DNA of 64,000 bases from NCBI GenBank assembly GCA_044892525.1, contig CM097887.1, positions 39,246,001 through 39,310,000 of the forward strand. Reading direction: 5' to 3'. A model generated the notes under the pieces. That model ran no database searches. It was not told the origin of the DNA and saw only the letters and a list, made by a program, of their open reading frames with translations. The position numbers and the translations under genes were made by a program. This stretch comes from Schmidtea polychroa. Taxonomy: Eukaryota. Numbering within the stretch: the first letter of the stretch is position 1; every line of letters begins with the position of its first letter. Positions 50,901-63,839 of the stretch are shown one piece after another.

Positions 50901-53900
50901 ACGATCTGAAACATTTCTCGAACTTAAAAGATTAAAAACAATTAAAAAACAATTTGGTAATATATTGCAAAACATATTTGTCCAATTTCAACAAAGATTT
51001 GTGGACTTTGAAAAACAAACTTCGTCCAATCATATTGTTTTTATTAACACCAATTTCTAAAATAAATATCTAAAATATAGCTGTACTAATCGGAGAAGAA
51101 TTTAGTATGAATGTAGGGATTTTGGAAATGGAATTAATTGAACTACAATGCGATATTAGCTTGAAATCGGTTGATCAACTTGAAATATGGAAGTTTATTA
51201 CGATTGAGAAATATCCGCTATTAAAAGATGGTTATCTTAGAGTCCATTCCGGCTTTGCATTCATATATTTATGCGAATCGTCATTTTCTCATATGAATTA
51301 TATTAAATCTAAATATCGTACACTTATAACTGGAAATCATCTTGATAACTGCTTATGTTTAGCTGTCAGTAATTATGAACCTAATTACTCAAAATAACTG
51401 ATAATATTGAATGTCAACAATCTCATTAATAAATACACTAATAACCTACTTACCGATACATTAATGAGAAGGAATAAATAAAAAAAAATTATTAAATTGT
51501 TTGATTTGATATTTTTATAAATTATATAAGATAAAATACTCTATTTCTGTGTCTCTGTTACAAAAACTCCTCCCAAACAGTAAATAGTAGTGACATGACA
51601 TTTGCACACGTCGTTCTGGCTGTAATTTTTATGTTTATTAGTTTCCACATTTTTTTCTCGCTCAAAGTCACAGACTTGGATTTGACAGACGAGTTTTATC
51701 TTATAGACAATGTCCATTAGACATGTGTGTCAGAATATCAAGGGCGAAGTATCCCACAGCATTATTCATCATCACCGATGATCAACAATAGACTACAATA
51801 TTTTATAGCCAAGTATAAAAATAAGTCTTATAAAAACATTATGAATGAAGTTAATTATAACAAAAACTGATTCAATAATTTTCATATTAATGTCTGTAAT
51901 ATCAAAACAATATATAAGGTACACAAGATTGTTTTGATCTATTTAAACATCTTGCAAACATTAATATAAAAATTATTGAATTAAAAAAATTATTGGTGAA
52001 ACTAAAAGATAAATATGATAATAAAGAATGAGTTTGAATTTATTATTATCAATATCATTTTCTCTGAAAATATATTGTTCATTTATTATTATTAACTATT
52101 ATTATTATTATTTTTAATATTTTTATTATTATTATTCATTTTTTAATTATTAATTATTTTTTTAACTTCGTGTTAGTTAGTGAATTTCAAATCCTAATTA
52201 GATGGTGTTTGGATCTTGGCTATGAATATTTATGTCATGGTTTCAATGCCACATACTTTGGAATGACTGTTCGTCATCTCCCTTCTCAAGTTCCTGATCA
52301 CTATTGACTGAAGTAATTGATTAGAAACCAAAATTTTGTGAAAAATTTATTGAAATGTTGTTTGAATTTCAACTTTTTAGAATTTTTCAAATTTTGAATT
52401 AAGAAAACAGAATTTTATGATATTTTAGCAAAATTATATTAAAAAATTAATGAAAAAAGGGCAATTTAGATTGATTTTAGTTTGAATTTCAATTCTACCT
52501 GACGATGACAGTGATTCTGTCGAAATATATTTAGTTAAAATATATATTGGATTTGGCGTTTTTAAGTATATCTAATTCAATGCCATTATTTAGTGACTTA
52601 TAATTTATTTATTATTATTATTATTTTTAATTAATATAATTCTTGTAGTCAAGAAATAGGTTTTATTCAGAAATTGTATAAACTTAATTTTTAAGTAATT
52701 AGGCAGGGAATTTCTATCTACAACATGTTAGAAAAAATGGAATTTTTAAATAATAAAACAGCTAATCAACAAAATCATCAACATTTTCAAAAGGTAATAT
52801 AACACATTTATTATATCAATAAAACCCTTCATTTATTTGTTCAACATTGTTTTTATCTGTTTTTTAACATTTAATTTATTTTCATTACGACTTTAAATCA
52901 AAATTTCCCCTACATAACACAAATTTTAAACAATTCTATTAATACAATTTAAAAATAATTAAATTATGTTTTGAAATTTGTTGATATTATGTTGATATAA
53001 GTGGTTATCAAATTATTTCAAAGATGCTGAACTAATTTTAGACAAGCATAAACATAACACACAATTACCTGCCACGAAACCATATTATTTGGAACCTTCA
53101 TTCGCATTCCTGGATATAACTCAAAATTAAATGGTTGGTATCTCCACAATCTATGATTGTTGACAACCCTTTCTATAAGGCGTCCTGTAGTTAAGTTTTC
53201 AACATTTGGCGTCGAAAATGGATCTTTGCTAAAATCTCCTGTATCGTCATTTGGTACAAAGCTTTCTTGCTCAGTTTCCTCAACAATTAAAAGCTCAGGT
53301 TCTTTTCTACTGTTTAAAAATAAAAACTAAATAAAATATTTAATTTCTTTTAATGTATAACATATATTTGTGCACTTTTATATTTTAAAACTATATTTTT
53401 ATCATTTAATTGTATTTTATTGACGTTTGAAAACACACCGAATTTTACTCTCTTAAAGTACACCAGCGGGTAAATGAAGATAGCTAAATGGACATTGATT
53501 TAAAGATTAATAATAAAAATAAAATCTACCTATAATAAATGTGTGTGTGTGTCATAGACAAGTGACACTTAATTAAATCCATGACATTAAATTACACTAT
53601 AGACGGATAGAAAAATTCTCTATTGGAAGAAAAATAAAAACAAATACACACAAAGGAGCATTTAATCAACCCCTTGACATCTAATAAACTCCAAATTATT
53701 AATTTTAAAAGATTAAATATAAACACATTTGAGGATATCTTTGATGGTAACCCAGTTTTAAACTCCATCTAGATTATATTCTCAGCTCATCAATTTAGCA
53801 GAATGAGTTTCAATATAAGATTTTCTACAATATTCCAAGCAGTTAATGTAGAACTCCAAAAACTAAAGTAGAGTAATTTGAGAAATTACTATCATCACAT

Positions 53901-56900
53901 TAAAATGTTCTATTCTAAATGCATGATGAAACAAGGATTTTAGGAGAAATGTTAAGTTTTTGTTCATGTTAAAATAAATATATAAATGTCTTTCCAATTT
54001 TATCATAAAATCTAAAAAATATTTATATTAAATAAAAAAGAAAAAAAATCATTCAATTACATAGAATTTAACATTAAAAATTAATGTTAATATTAAAATT
54101 AACATAAAGCGCAATTGACTGGATTTCATTTAATGTCTAATTAGCCATTATCGATTGCACTTTGGTGTATGTGTAATGTAAAATTTAGGTTGGTGAGTAT
54201 TGTAAAACGGCTACGTACCGCACAATATTTATAACCTAAAATCGTATATAAATGAGGTGAGAATCACTTTATGCTTGTTCAAAATAGTTGAAATGACTTA
54301 TAATTCAAAAAAATTAATAATTATATAAATATTACTATAATTTTCTATTAATTAATTATTTAAATGCTAGCGACAACTCGTCAAAATTGACAGACCTTTG
54401 TTATGATATCATATTTTCTAAGGTCTCTTTGTTCATTCTTTGAGGAAAAGAGATGATTTCAATTTATCTTTACTCTTACTACTAAATTATTCACATTTAT
54501 GACCGTTGTTTTACTTCCAATTAAAAATATCTATTAAAAAGTTTTATATAAAGATTTCAAATCACCTCTTGATACTATAATAAATATTGAAATTTACGTA
54601 AATATAACTGATTTTGATGATTTGACAGCGTTTTCTAATCAAAATTATTTATAAATATTATTTAAAAAATATAACAAATTTAAATCTCATTTTGAAATCA
54701 ATGTTAATTATACATAACTAGGTTTTTCCAGGTTTCTTCATAGGTCCTTCACGTGAATCTTATTGCATGCGTTCGAATCAATGTGTTCGAAAACCAAAAA
54801 TTGGTAAGTGAATGAGTTGAGTAAAAAGAAAGAGTAAATAATTTTCGGTTCATAAGAATGATTTATTTATTACAAAATTTTTCAATACACAATATTGTGC
54901 GTGAAAATACGATTGTCGTTGAGTAAATGAATATTATAATAAATATTTATATATAATATAATAAAAAATAATTATTATTTATTTATTCATTTAGTTACTT
55001 ATAACAATAAGTAGATAAATTTAATATATAATATATTTTCTCAACATTATCTGTTTATTTATTTATTTGTGATTCTGGAACGCTCAAAGTTTACTACGAC
55101 TTTTTTCCCAATTCAATATTTTTTACAATTTTTTAATGGAGTATTTTTGAAGACCATTTATCATGGATACACATCAATTATAATTTCCACACTTTCCGAT
55201 TTTGTTATACTTGCGTGACATGCTTAAGTGACATACACAAGAATATTAATTTTTCTTGGTTAAAGTGATCATATATATCAATTACATTTTCAATGTGAAA
55301 ATTTATTCAAACATACATAGTTCAAAAAATCAATCTACAAAAACATTTTATAAAATTTAGTAAGTATCTGCACAAATTCAATTGGAACTGAACTTACAAA
55401 GTAAATAATCAAAATTAATCAAAATCAATCATCATAAAGAAAAGTTAAATTCTTCAATTTTAAATTCAGCATTGAGTACTTAATCAAATCTTGAAGGTAA
55501 GAAAAACGAAAATGTTCACAAGAAATACAACAAAACTTTTAGTTTAAAAGTAATTCAGTAACAAAGAACTCTTTTTATTCAATTATCTTATGAAACGGAT
55601 AAAAGCAAAAATGACATTCGATGGTGTTTGAAAAAAGAAAGTCAGCCGCATGTTACCAAACACCATCGAAATGAAGATCAACAAAGTATGGAAACCATAT
55701 TATAGAAGCTTTATAAAAAATTTTTAGTTCGTGTCATTTTGAAATTTTAAATGTCATTTATTTTATTTTATTTTTAATTTTAATTTTCAATAAAATTTTA
55801 AAAATTTTTAATAAATAAAAAAAATAAACGAAAGTATATATTATATTTAGAACCAATGAGAATTAAGAGAAAGGAAATAAAAGAAAGATTGAAAAGTATT
55901 TTCGGGAAGAACATTGCTAAATTCCAGGAGATTGACAAGGACTATCTTCTAGTCGAAAATTTTTTCATTAAATACATTATTTGCAGCAAAAAGCTTAAAT
56001 TATCATATTATTGTCTTAAATAATAAATGCTGCTANNNNNNNNNNNNNNNNNNNNNNNNNNNNNNNNNNNNNNNNNNNNNNNNNNNNNNNNNNNNNNNNN
56101 NNNNNNNNNNNNNNNNNNNNNNNNNNNNNNNNNNNNNNNNNNNNNNNNNNNNNNNNNNNNNNNNNNNNNNNNNNNNNNNNNNNNNNNNNNNNNNNNNNNN
56201 NNNNNNNNNNNNNNNNNNNNNNNNNNNNNNNNNNNNNNNNTTGGTATTATGTCATTTAATACAAACCTGGGAACGCTAAAATCGGAAGTCAGAGGTTGCA
56301 ATTCAGATCTCAGAAACAATATAGCCGATCTGACTGCCAATTCTAATTTTGTAATTTCTTCCTCAGATTCTTTAGAACTGATTCCATGAACTTTGACTGT
56401 TTCGGTGCACTGACATTTTGGAATGTTTTCTATTTTTGATAATAACTGAAAAGGAAATAAATATACAATTTTATACAAATAATTAAAATAACGGAATAAA
56501 TTAATAATTATATATAAATTTAAATGTGTCGTTAGGAAATAATATAAAAATTATTTGTTATAATTAAGCGATATATAAGGGATTAAATAATCACCAAAAG
56601 TAATTAAATTCATTATAATAATATTTTTCACAAGTGTGATTTAAAATGGAAATAAATGTAAACAATTTAATTTAACTAATTTAATTAATCTAATACTAAT
56701 TTTAATTAAAAAAAAATATGAAAAATTTAAATGGTTTTGTAAATTTTTGAACTTGCTAAGAATATTGAATATATTTATACATTCTTTTGTTTAAATATTG
56801 TTAATAAAATACATTTTGAAATTAGGTGGAAAAAAAATTTATATGTTAATTTAAATTAAAAACATATTTAAAAATCATTGTAGAATTTAACCAAACAAAA

Positions 56901-58176
56901 CCTCATTATTCATCGTCTTAACTCCATTCAATGATATTCCAATTTCTTTAATATTCTCCGTGAAAGATCCTATTTGAGATTCGAGTTCATTTAATTTACT
57001 GAGTTTTACATCAACTTCTTTGAAACGTTTGTCCAGTTGGTGATTTATTTCTTCTGTCAAACTTGTGAAATCTGGCTTATTGTCAACTGCTTGAGGTACA
57101 AGAGCGTTAGTTGCAGCTCCCCCAGAACCGAAACCTCGAAACACTAATGACCGTCCATCAGCACCTCGAGTTTGACGAGACTTTTGAGTAGGTTCATTTA
57201 ATTTTCTCAGATAATCCATGGCTTTCATGTGTTCCCATTTAACTAATTCCCTCTCTTTTTTTAAATCTTCTGAAAAATTAATACCTGTAAGTATAAAATT
57301 GTTTGATAATATACATCGATAGTTTTTGGAAAATATAATTAAACAAAATTGAGTGAATCATCAAAATGAAAGAATAGAAGTTTGATGAACAAATCTTTAA
57401 ACTTAAGTAAAATATAACATAATTCTAGAGATAGGCTAAATGAACATATATACTTCCATAAAACATGGTATCCATAATTCAGTACTGTCGAGAAGGAGGA
57501 GGGGAACAAGAGAGTAGAATTCCATGGGCCCTTGGTAATAAGGTGACCGAACTCCCGAGACATTTTCACCGGTCCCTAGCCCGTCTATCGCTTCGTTTTG
57601 CAATCTCTATTTGTCTAACCTTATTTTGATATTCTAATTAACATAAATTAAACAAATAACAATTATTGAAAGGGAGGATGGTTGAGGGAAAGGAGGAGTA
57701 TAGAAAAGAAGAAGATGATTAGAGTGGATGACTGTAACTCTGTATTTACAGAAGAGTCTCCCACGAACCAACGTGACTTTTATAAATATGTAAATTCACA
57801 TATAAGTACATAATAAGTACATATAAGTACATAATAAGTACATATAAGTACATATAAGAATCATAAAGGAGTAAATTTTGTTTTATTTTTCTGAGTCATT
57901 TTATTTGTTTGAAGGGGACACATTTCCAATTTGATATTTCTAAATTCCCAATACAAAAGTGACTTACTTAATTAACTACTTAAAGTTTACATAACAGTTA
58001 AAGTATACAGTCACTAGTTAATTTTTTAGTGGTAAAACATTTAGACAATAATAAAATAAAAATAAAATGTATATTATTTCTAGTTACTATGCTGTATGGC
58101 AACATGGCATACTAAAATGACATCTATTTATTTTATTAGAGAATGTATACATTATCTAGTCAATGTATGTGTGTAT

Positions 58177-58209
<33 letters not shown>

Positions 58210-61200
58210 CAATATAGAAAATTTGATTGTTTGATTTGTTTGATTATTCACAACCAATTACATCATATCTTTGATTTCTATTCTTCATTTATTAACATTT
58301 GACGACTTCCCTTTTAACGGAGGCATCCGCAATTATATAATATACTGAAACCGTAGGTCTGATATTACCCTATTGCTGCTAAACTACAACCGCTAAAATT
58401 ATACTCTGATTTAATTTACATTATTATCGAGCATTAAAACAATGCTGATATAGACTTTGTCAAATTAATTTTGCTGGGGACAATTAATTTTAATACAATA
58501 CGTTTAACACAATGATTGACTTCTTCAATATAAATGGGATCTTTTACGTCAAGTTTTAATAATTTTATGACATATATTTTTTAATTTCAACGAAAAATAA
58601 CAAAATTATCGCCACAAACGAATGGAAAATAAATTAAAAAATTAAAATTAAAAATCACTTTTTATTTAAAGTACGAAAGCAAAAGGTTTGTTTTTCACTT
58701 TCTCATCAACTGATGATTTCGTGAATTTTTGAAATTTTTTTGTTCACAATTTTTTCAGTTTTATTTTCTTGGACTTACCCAATATTACATAGTCGGATAA
58801 AAATTTATTGTTAGATTTCATGTCTTTTGAATCAGATGAATGACATATAAAAAACATTGCAACATCAGCATGTCAGAATTGTAATTTCACATATATATTA
58901 AAATATTACATTAAATACTTACAAAACGGATCTGAGTTGGACTTTTTTTCATTTTCATTTGTAAATAATTTTCTTTTTAATAAATAATATATTTCGTAAA
59001 TATGCCAAATAATGATAAATGGAGGTACAAGTGGCGATTTGTTGACGAATTCCGAAATCATCTGATATCTTTGATAATTCCAATAGTAAACTGAGGAACT
59101 TTCAATTTCTTCATATGTTTTTCTGATTAAATATATATTTATTAAAACTTAGTAAATATAAAATAAATCAAACTATAACCAAATGAATATAAAATAAAAT
59201 TTTGTAAAAAAACTCACTAATGACTTTTTTTGTTTACAGAATATGTAAGGAAATAAAAATGCGAATATTCACTAAACATTTATTAAAATATGATATCCAT
59301 TTGTGTTTTCGCTTATTAAAACAACTTAAAGAATTTGTCAATATTAAAATTTATTTCACGATCATCATTTTTGTGCATATTTTAAAATTTATTTATTCAA
59401 TTTAAAAAAATATATAATAAAAAAAATCGATTTAAGCGTTTTAATTAGCTAAATATAAAAAGTTTTGTAATTGCAATTAAATTATCTCTCTATATATAAA
59501 AAAGCTAAGGGTCCCCTCAATCCGAATTTTACTTTTTTTAAATTTTTTTAAAATCTTTTTTAATTTATTTTATTTTATTTTTTTGAAGTATTTATTGTTT
59601 TTTACTTATCGTTCTATATTATTTAGAAAGGGTTTATGCTAATATCTTTTATCATAGTTATGTAAACATATTAAGAATACATTGGATAATAACTTAAACA
59701 TTAACCCCACGTTCTAACGGAGTTGGTGAAGCGAAGCAAACAGGGGCAGAGCCCCTAGTTATTTAAACAATTTTTATATATTTATTAATAATAATTATTT
59801 TCTAAAATTACTTGTTCATTTAACATGTAATTTATTATATTTTGAACTTATTTAATCATTAATTATATTAAACCAATATACGTAAAATTAAAATATAATG
59901 AATATGGTTTTTTTTCATAGGTTCTTACCAACGCATTTTATATATTTGTTTTAATAAAATGCTAACAAGTTTTGATATATTTTGATAGTAAATTTTATTT
60001 CTAATTCGCTGAACTGAGCAGAAAATATCATAGATAAAAAACGAAAAGAATACTAACGTAAACATGGCAATGAGCAAATTAAAGAGCAGAACATTCGTCA
60101 ATAAAACGTGCAGACCTAAAAATAATGGGTTTAATGTACGACTGACTTTCGTTGGAACATAATTTAAATCTTGAGAACTGCATGATGGACCTTAGAAAGA
60201 AGAAATTAGCAATTATTAATATATAAATTAATATTAACTGATTCCTTGCAGGCTGTCTAAACCAAATTCCCCAAACATTGGATAATAAGATTTCATCAAA
60301 ATTGTCATTATCATGGAATCTGTACTAGACGTGTTGAATTGAGAATTTTGTTCTGAAAATATAAATAATATTACAGGAAATAATAATATTTAGCAACTGA
60401 TACTAAAACAAATATCCAATACATTATGTAACATTAAAATTTCTTGTTTTAATTCATTTAATATTAATAAAAATATTTACTTTGGAAACTTATTTAAAAT
60501 ACAACATTTTTCAAAATAATAAATATTAATTTGAAATTTTGTTTAATTAATAAGATTTTATTTAGCTAATAACTATTCTTTTAAAGTATCTTTGAAATTT
60601 CCCAGTGGGAAAATAAGTTAAAAATATATAAAAAGTCACATAAATACTATTTTATTAAATATAAATATTTTTAGTATATAACATCCATAATTAAATAAAA
60701 ATATTTATTAAATTCAAAACAACTTAATTTGTTTGAAATATTCAATGAATATTGTCAAAATTAAGTTTTAATAAATATATAAAATATATATTTAAAAATA
60801 TTTTAATTATTATTTAAAATCAAAAATCTCTTAATTTCCTTCATTTCAAAGTTGTCTTACAAAATTGTTAATAAAAATAAAATTGTTAACTTTCCCAATT
60901 TAAATCTTAGAAATTCTCCATAAATTTGTCTATCTGAAAAATAATCCTATAGTCTTTTCAGTAAATTTAAGTCGAACATAATTAATGAGACCAAATCTTA
61001 CTAGTCAACATGTCGTCAGTAAACTGTAATCCTAACGGGTAGGCATTTGCATAAAACGTTACTCCGTACCCAATCATGAATACAGAAAGAATAATCATAA
61101 ACGGAATCAAATCATTTGAAATCTGATAAACTCCAGTTAATTCCCCATTAAATAACAAACAAAATTTACCATTTTACGAATCATTATTAGCTTGGGACCC

Positions 61201-61466
61201 AAAGCGATGTGAAAACTAAAAATATACATCACTCTCACGTAGAAGAAAAACAAGCTGCAGCCCATGCAGGTTTGTGAACCAATAAATAGAGAATCAGTTA
61301 ATATAATTCGGTACTGCGCATTTAGATCCGACAATGCGTTATAATATTTAAAATACGTTATTAAACGTAAAATAAACCCAATTACAAACAAAGTTATTGC
61401 AGTTGAATCCAATTTGTTCCATCCGTCCGAAAAATATGTTGAAAAACTGATTCCAGAAAATGTAGC
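47701..61466 (-). CDS. TRPM: TRPM2-like cation channel with NUDT9-homology domain (S3 to NUDT9-H; partial)
   Basis: Exons (minus): 61466-61170, 61122-61002, 60352-60239, 60190-60058, 59122-58923, 57284-56902, 56445-56267, 53309-53069, 48664-48579, 47992-47701. All GT-AG and phase-consistent. WNKLD (S3), RVMYIF...LGPKLIMI (S4-S5), YPMFGE (pore), NVLLFNLLIAMF (S6), WNYQRY (TRP box), PPFII, KWEH..., coiled coil, NPTGRTGLKGRGLL.HWGPNH. Confidence 0.9.
49367..51429 (+). mobile_element. hAT Buster/Charlie-like (GTF2IRD2/EPM2AIP1-type) transposon, degenerate, antisense in a TRPM intron
   Basis: Left subterminus CCCAACGCGTCGATCGCGATC. Transposase pieces from 49647: CLIC..RH (BED-like), KPFTDG, DESTD, TTD(V)APSM, HCIIHQ, VRWL, YLCESSFS.M. 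Right TIR not found. Confidence 0.85.
51560..51830 (+). mobile_element. Helitron 3' remnant related to 40500-40798
   Basis: Shared segments TGACATGAC..TT.CACA, ATTTGACAGA, TTCATCAT..CGATGATCAA, ATAGCCAAGTAT. Confidence 0.5.
53069..53309 (-). CDS. TRPM: TRPM exon (start of NUDT9-H; not in the ORF track)
   Basis: ...NHRLWRYQPFNFELYPGMRMKVPNNMVSWQ, phase 2/0. Confidence 0.8.
54718..54930 (-). mobile_element. Interspersed repeat, copy 2 of 38069-38299
   Basis: GTCCTTCACG.GAATCTTATTG.ATGCGTTCGAATC...AATACGATTGTCGTTGAGTAAATGA shared. Confidence 0.6.
56036..56240. other. Assembly gap (205 N) inside a TRPM intron
   Basis: Run of N. Confidence 0.99.
56267..57284 (-). CDS. TRPM: TRPM exons 57284-56902 and 56445-56267 (post-TRP linker and coiled coil)
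   Basis: ERELVKWEHMKAMDYL; heptad-like RFKEVDVKLSKLNELESQI. Confidence 0.75.
57799..57860. repeat. Tandem repeat with 10/11-bp units CATA(A)TAAGTA x6
   Basis: Direct reading. Confidence 0.9.
58923..59122 (-). CDS. TRPM: TRPM exon (TRP box; not in the ORF track)
   Basis: TYEEIESSSVYYWNYQRYQMISEFVNKSPLVPPFIIIWH. Confidence 0.92.
59485..59758 (+). mobile_element. Non-autonomous Helitron (~274 bp)
   Basis: A|TCTCTCTATATATAAAAAAG 5' end; 3' hairpin AGGGGCAGAGCCCCT and CTAG|T; inserted between A and T without a TSD. Confidence 0.8.
60058..61466 (-). CDS. TRPM: TRPM exons for S3-S6 and pore
   Basis: Four exons with two introns of 47 and 48 bp; motifs as listed for the gene. Confidence 0.92.
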
Positions 61467-62725
61467 CTGAAAAAACATTTTTGCTTTGATTTTAGCTTTT
61501 GATAAATTTCATTAAAAAACATATTACAATTAAAATTTTAAAAATTAATTTAAAATGTTAACATAATATTAGTAAAATATTTTATACTTTTCTCTATATT
61601 AGTATCATTGTCAATATGCATATAATTTAACACAAACTTTCTGCACAACCTTTTTCAAGTGTTTGAAATATTCTAAATTCAATATTCATAAAAATTAAAT
61701 TATATATTTTAAAATTAAAAAATATGCATCTTAGCTGTGAAAAATTAATAAGCAATGTTGCGTAATGAAGATTGATTAACGCCTCTGGTTTATGAATGAA
61801 TCATTATATTTGTTTTAATTTAATACAATAATGACAGAAAGAAAACCAAAAGCTTTTCAATAAATAAAGATTGATATATATAAAAGAATATACAATCAAA
61901 AAGGTATTAAAATTAAAAATAAGAATTCCAGGTCTGTGAATTCAAGTTACTTTATCTGCGACAGAAAAATTAATAAAAGTTTCAATAATGAAGAATTTAT
62001 TATGCCAATCGAAAAATTTAAAACGATATCTTTGTTTTATTAAGAACACTATTAAAATAAATACTTTTTTCTTCAATAAAAGATTTACTGTTACTATCAA
62101 TTTTATCAGTGAAATATTTATTCTTTTCACCATTGATTTATTTTTTTTCAATATCTTAAAATTTTTCAGATAATATATATATATTTTTTATTTAATATTT
62201 ATAGCAGACATTTTCAATTTTTTCAAAAAAGAAGTTGCCAAAGATTTGTGTTAAATAAATAACAATATTGATAAATACAATTGATTTTATTGTATAGAAA
62301 ATAATACAAGATAAATGAAATCAAAAATGTCATTATATGTTTTTAAACGTCTTATTTCTTAAAATAAAACATTATTATTTGACTATTTAGTTTTTATGAT
62401 AGTTTTATAATAATTAAACACTAAATTGCTTTATAATTAGAATTTCCAAAAGGGATATATCCGTATCCGGTATCCGCATTCATTTATGCTCTTAATCGTA
62501 TCAAGTATCCGCGAAAATTGTTACGGTTAACAATTTGAAATTTTTACATTCACATCTGTTAATTTTGTAATAATATTTTATAAATTTGAATTTTCCTACT
62601 AATAAGTAGAAAGTAAAGTAAAAGGTGAAAAAAATCTTTTTATTTCAATTTATGTCAACCATTCATGTAGTCATTTGTTTAACACATTGTAGTCGGGCAC
62701 ATCGAACAATAGACTCTAGCCTATA

Positions 62726-63220
62726 GCCAGTGTTTTTCGCGATTAACGCAAAAATATATCGCTTTTTTAAAATTGACACAATTTTTAAACCAAATAATAT
62801 TTTCGATTGAAATTTTCAAAAAAATCATATATGACATTTGATCATCAAAAATAAATTATAATTGCTTTGATTACATCATAATTTCACCACATTTCAAAGC
62901 TGAATATAAAAACTTGACATTAATTGGCTTAATCACATTTTTGTAGGGATAACGTCCTATACAATGCTAATATATTCAAATAATAAAATACCAAACATTA
63001 AACAAAGCAGTGCGAGCAGTATGAAAAATAGTCCAATACGTGAAATGACTCAAACTAAAATGGAGATTGTGATCGCATAACAACTCTAGATTTCTGGCGA
63101 CGCCTTTACAAGCTGCACACTAGCCAATCTGGACAAGGCATCTCAAAAAACGTCGATAGACTGTCGCCTAGCACCCACGTATCAAATTACAGTTCAAAGC
63201 GTTTTATTTCACGCTGAAAA
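62726..63220 (+). mobile_element. Possible degraded hAT fragment
   Basis: CAGTGTTTTTC end-like motif; LDFWRR...APTYQITVQSVLF resembles the dimerisation motif PATQVSVERxFS. Confidence 0.3.
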
Positions 63221-63839
63221 AAAACCTGTATAATGTCGTTTACCGCCAAAAACCGACAGTCGACAAAAACGGTATTTGCCGTGTCCCGACGACAATGAAA
63301 GTTATTTAAGAAGATTGTGCTTTGAATAGTAAAAAAAATTGGTAAGTTATCTTTTAGTTTTCGAATTGAAATATTTTACAAATATCATATATAAATATAA
63401 CATATACTGAAACTGAGCAAACTATAATAGGTACAAAGTTTTAGAAAAGGAAATATATAAAATCTATAGGCTTATACTTTACGATACAACAATAATAAAC
63501 AACAACTAATTATGAAACTAACCGAAAATATCTAAATAAAATTATGAAATAAAATATTTTTTTGTAAATTTATTAAATAAAAATTTATTATAAAAATATA
63601 TGTAGTTTTATGCTTCACATATTATCCAGATTTTTGTTGCCACAGGCTGTCATTAATTATGATACTTTAAAGTTATTATTTTTGATTAAATTTACATTTT
63701 TTAAAGGCTTTTTTAAAATGCTTAATAATATTTTTAACGAAACAAAAATGTATTTATTATGAGTTTTAGAGCATTTACGATTTATTTTCAGAGATAAAAT
63801 ATATTAAAATTTTTATTTTAATTTATTGAATTGAAAAGA

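Noticed and set aside
55615-55673. Small hairpin TCGATGGTGTTTG / CAAACACCATCGA
   Set aside because: 13-bp stem with a 26-nt loop is too short for a miRNA precursor; no other support.
56008-56478. 156-aa and 120-aa ORFs spanning Ns
   Set aside because: Artefacts of translating through the gap; only 56445-56267 is exon.
61942-62173. ORFs just upstream of the first mapped TRPM exon as the S1-S2 exon
   Set aside because: No TRPM S1/S2 motifs (e.g. EEIRQ) and no consistent splice sites.
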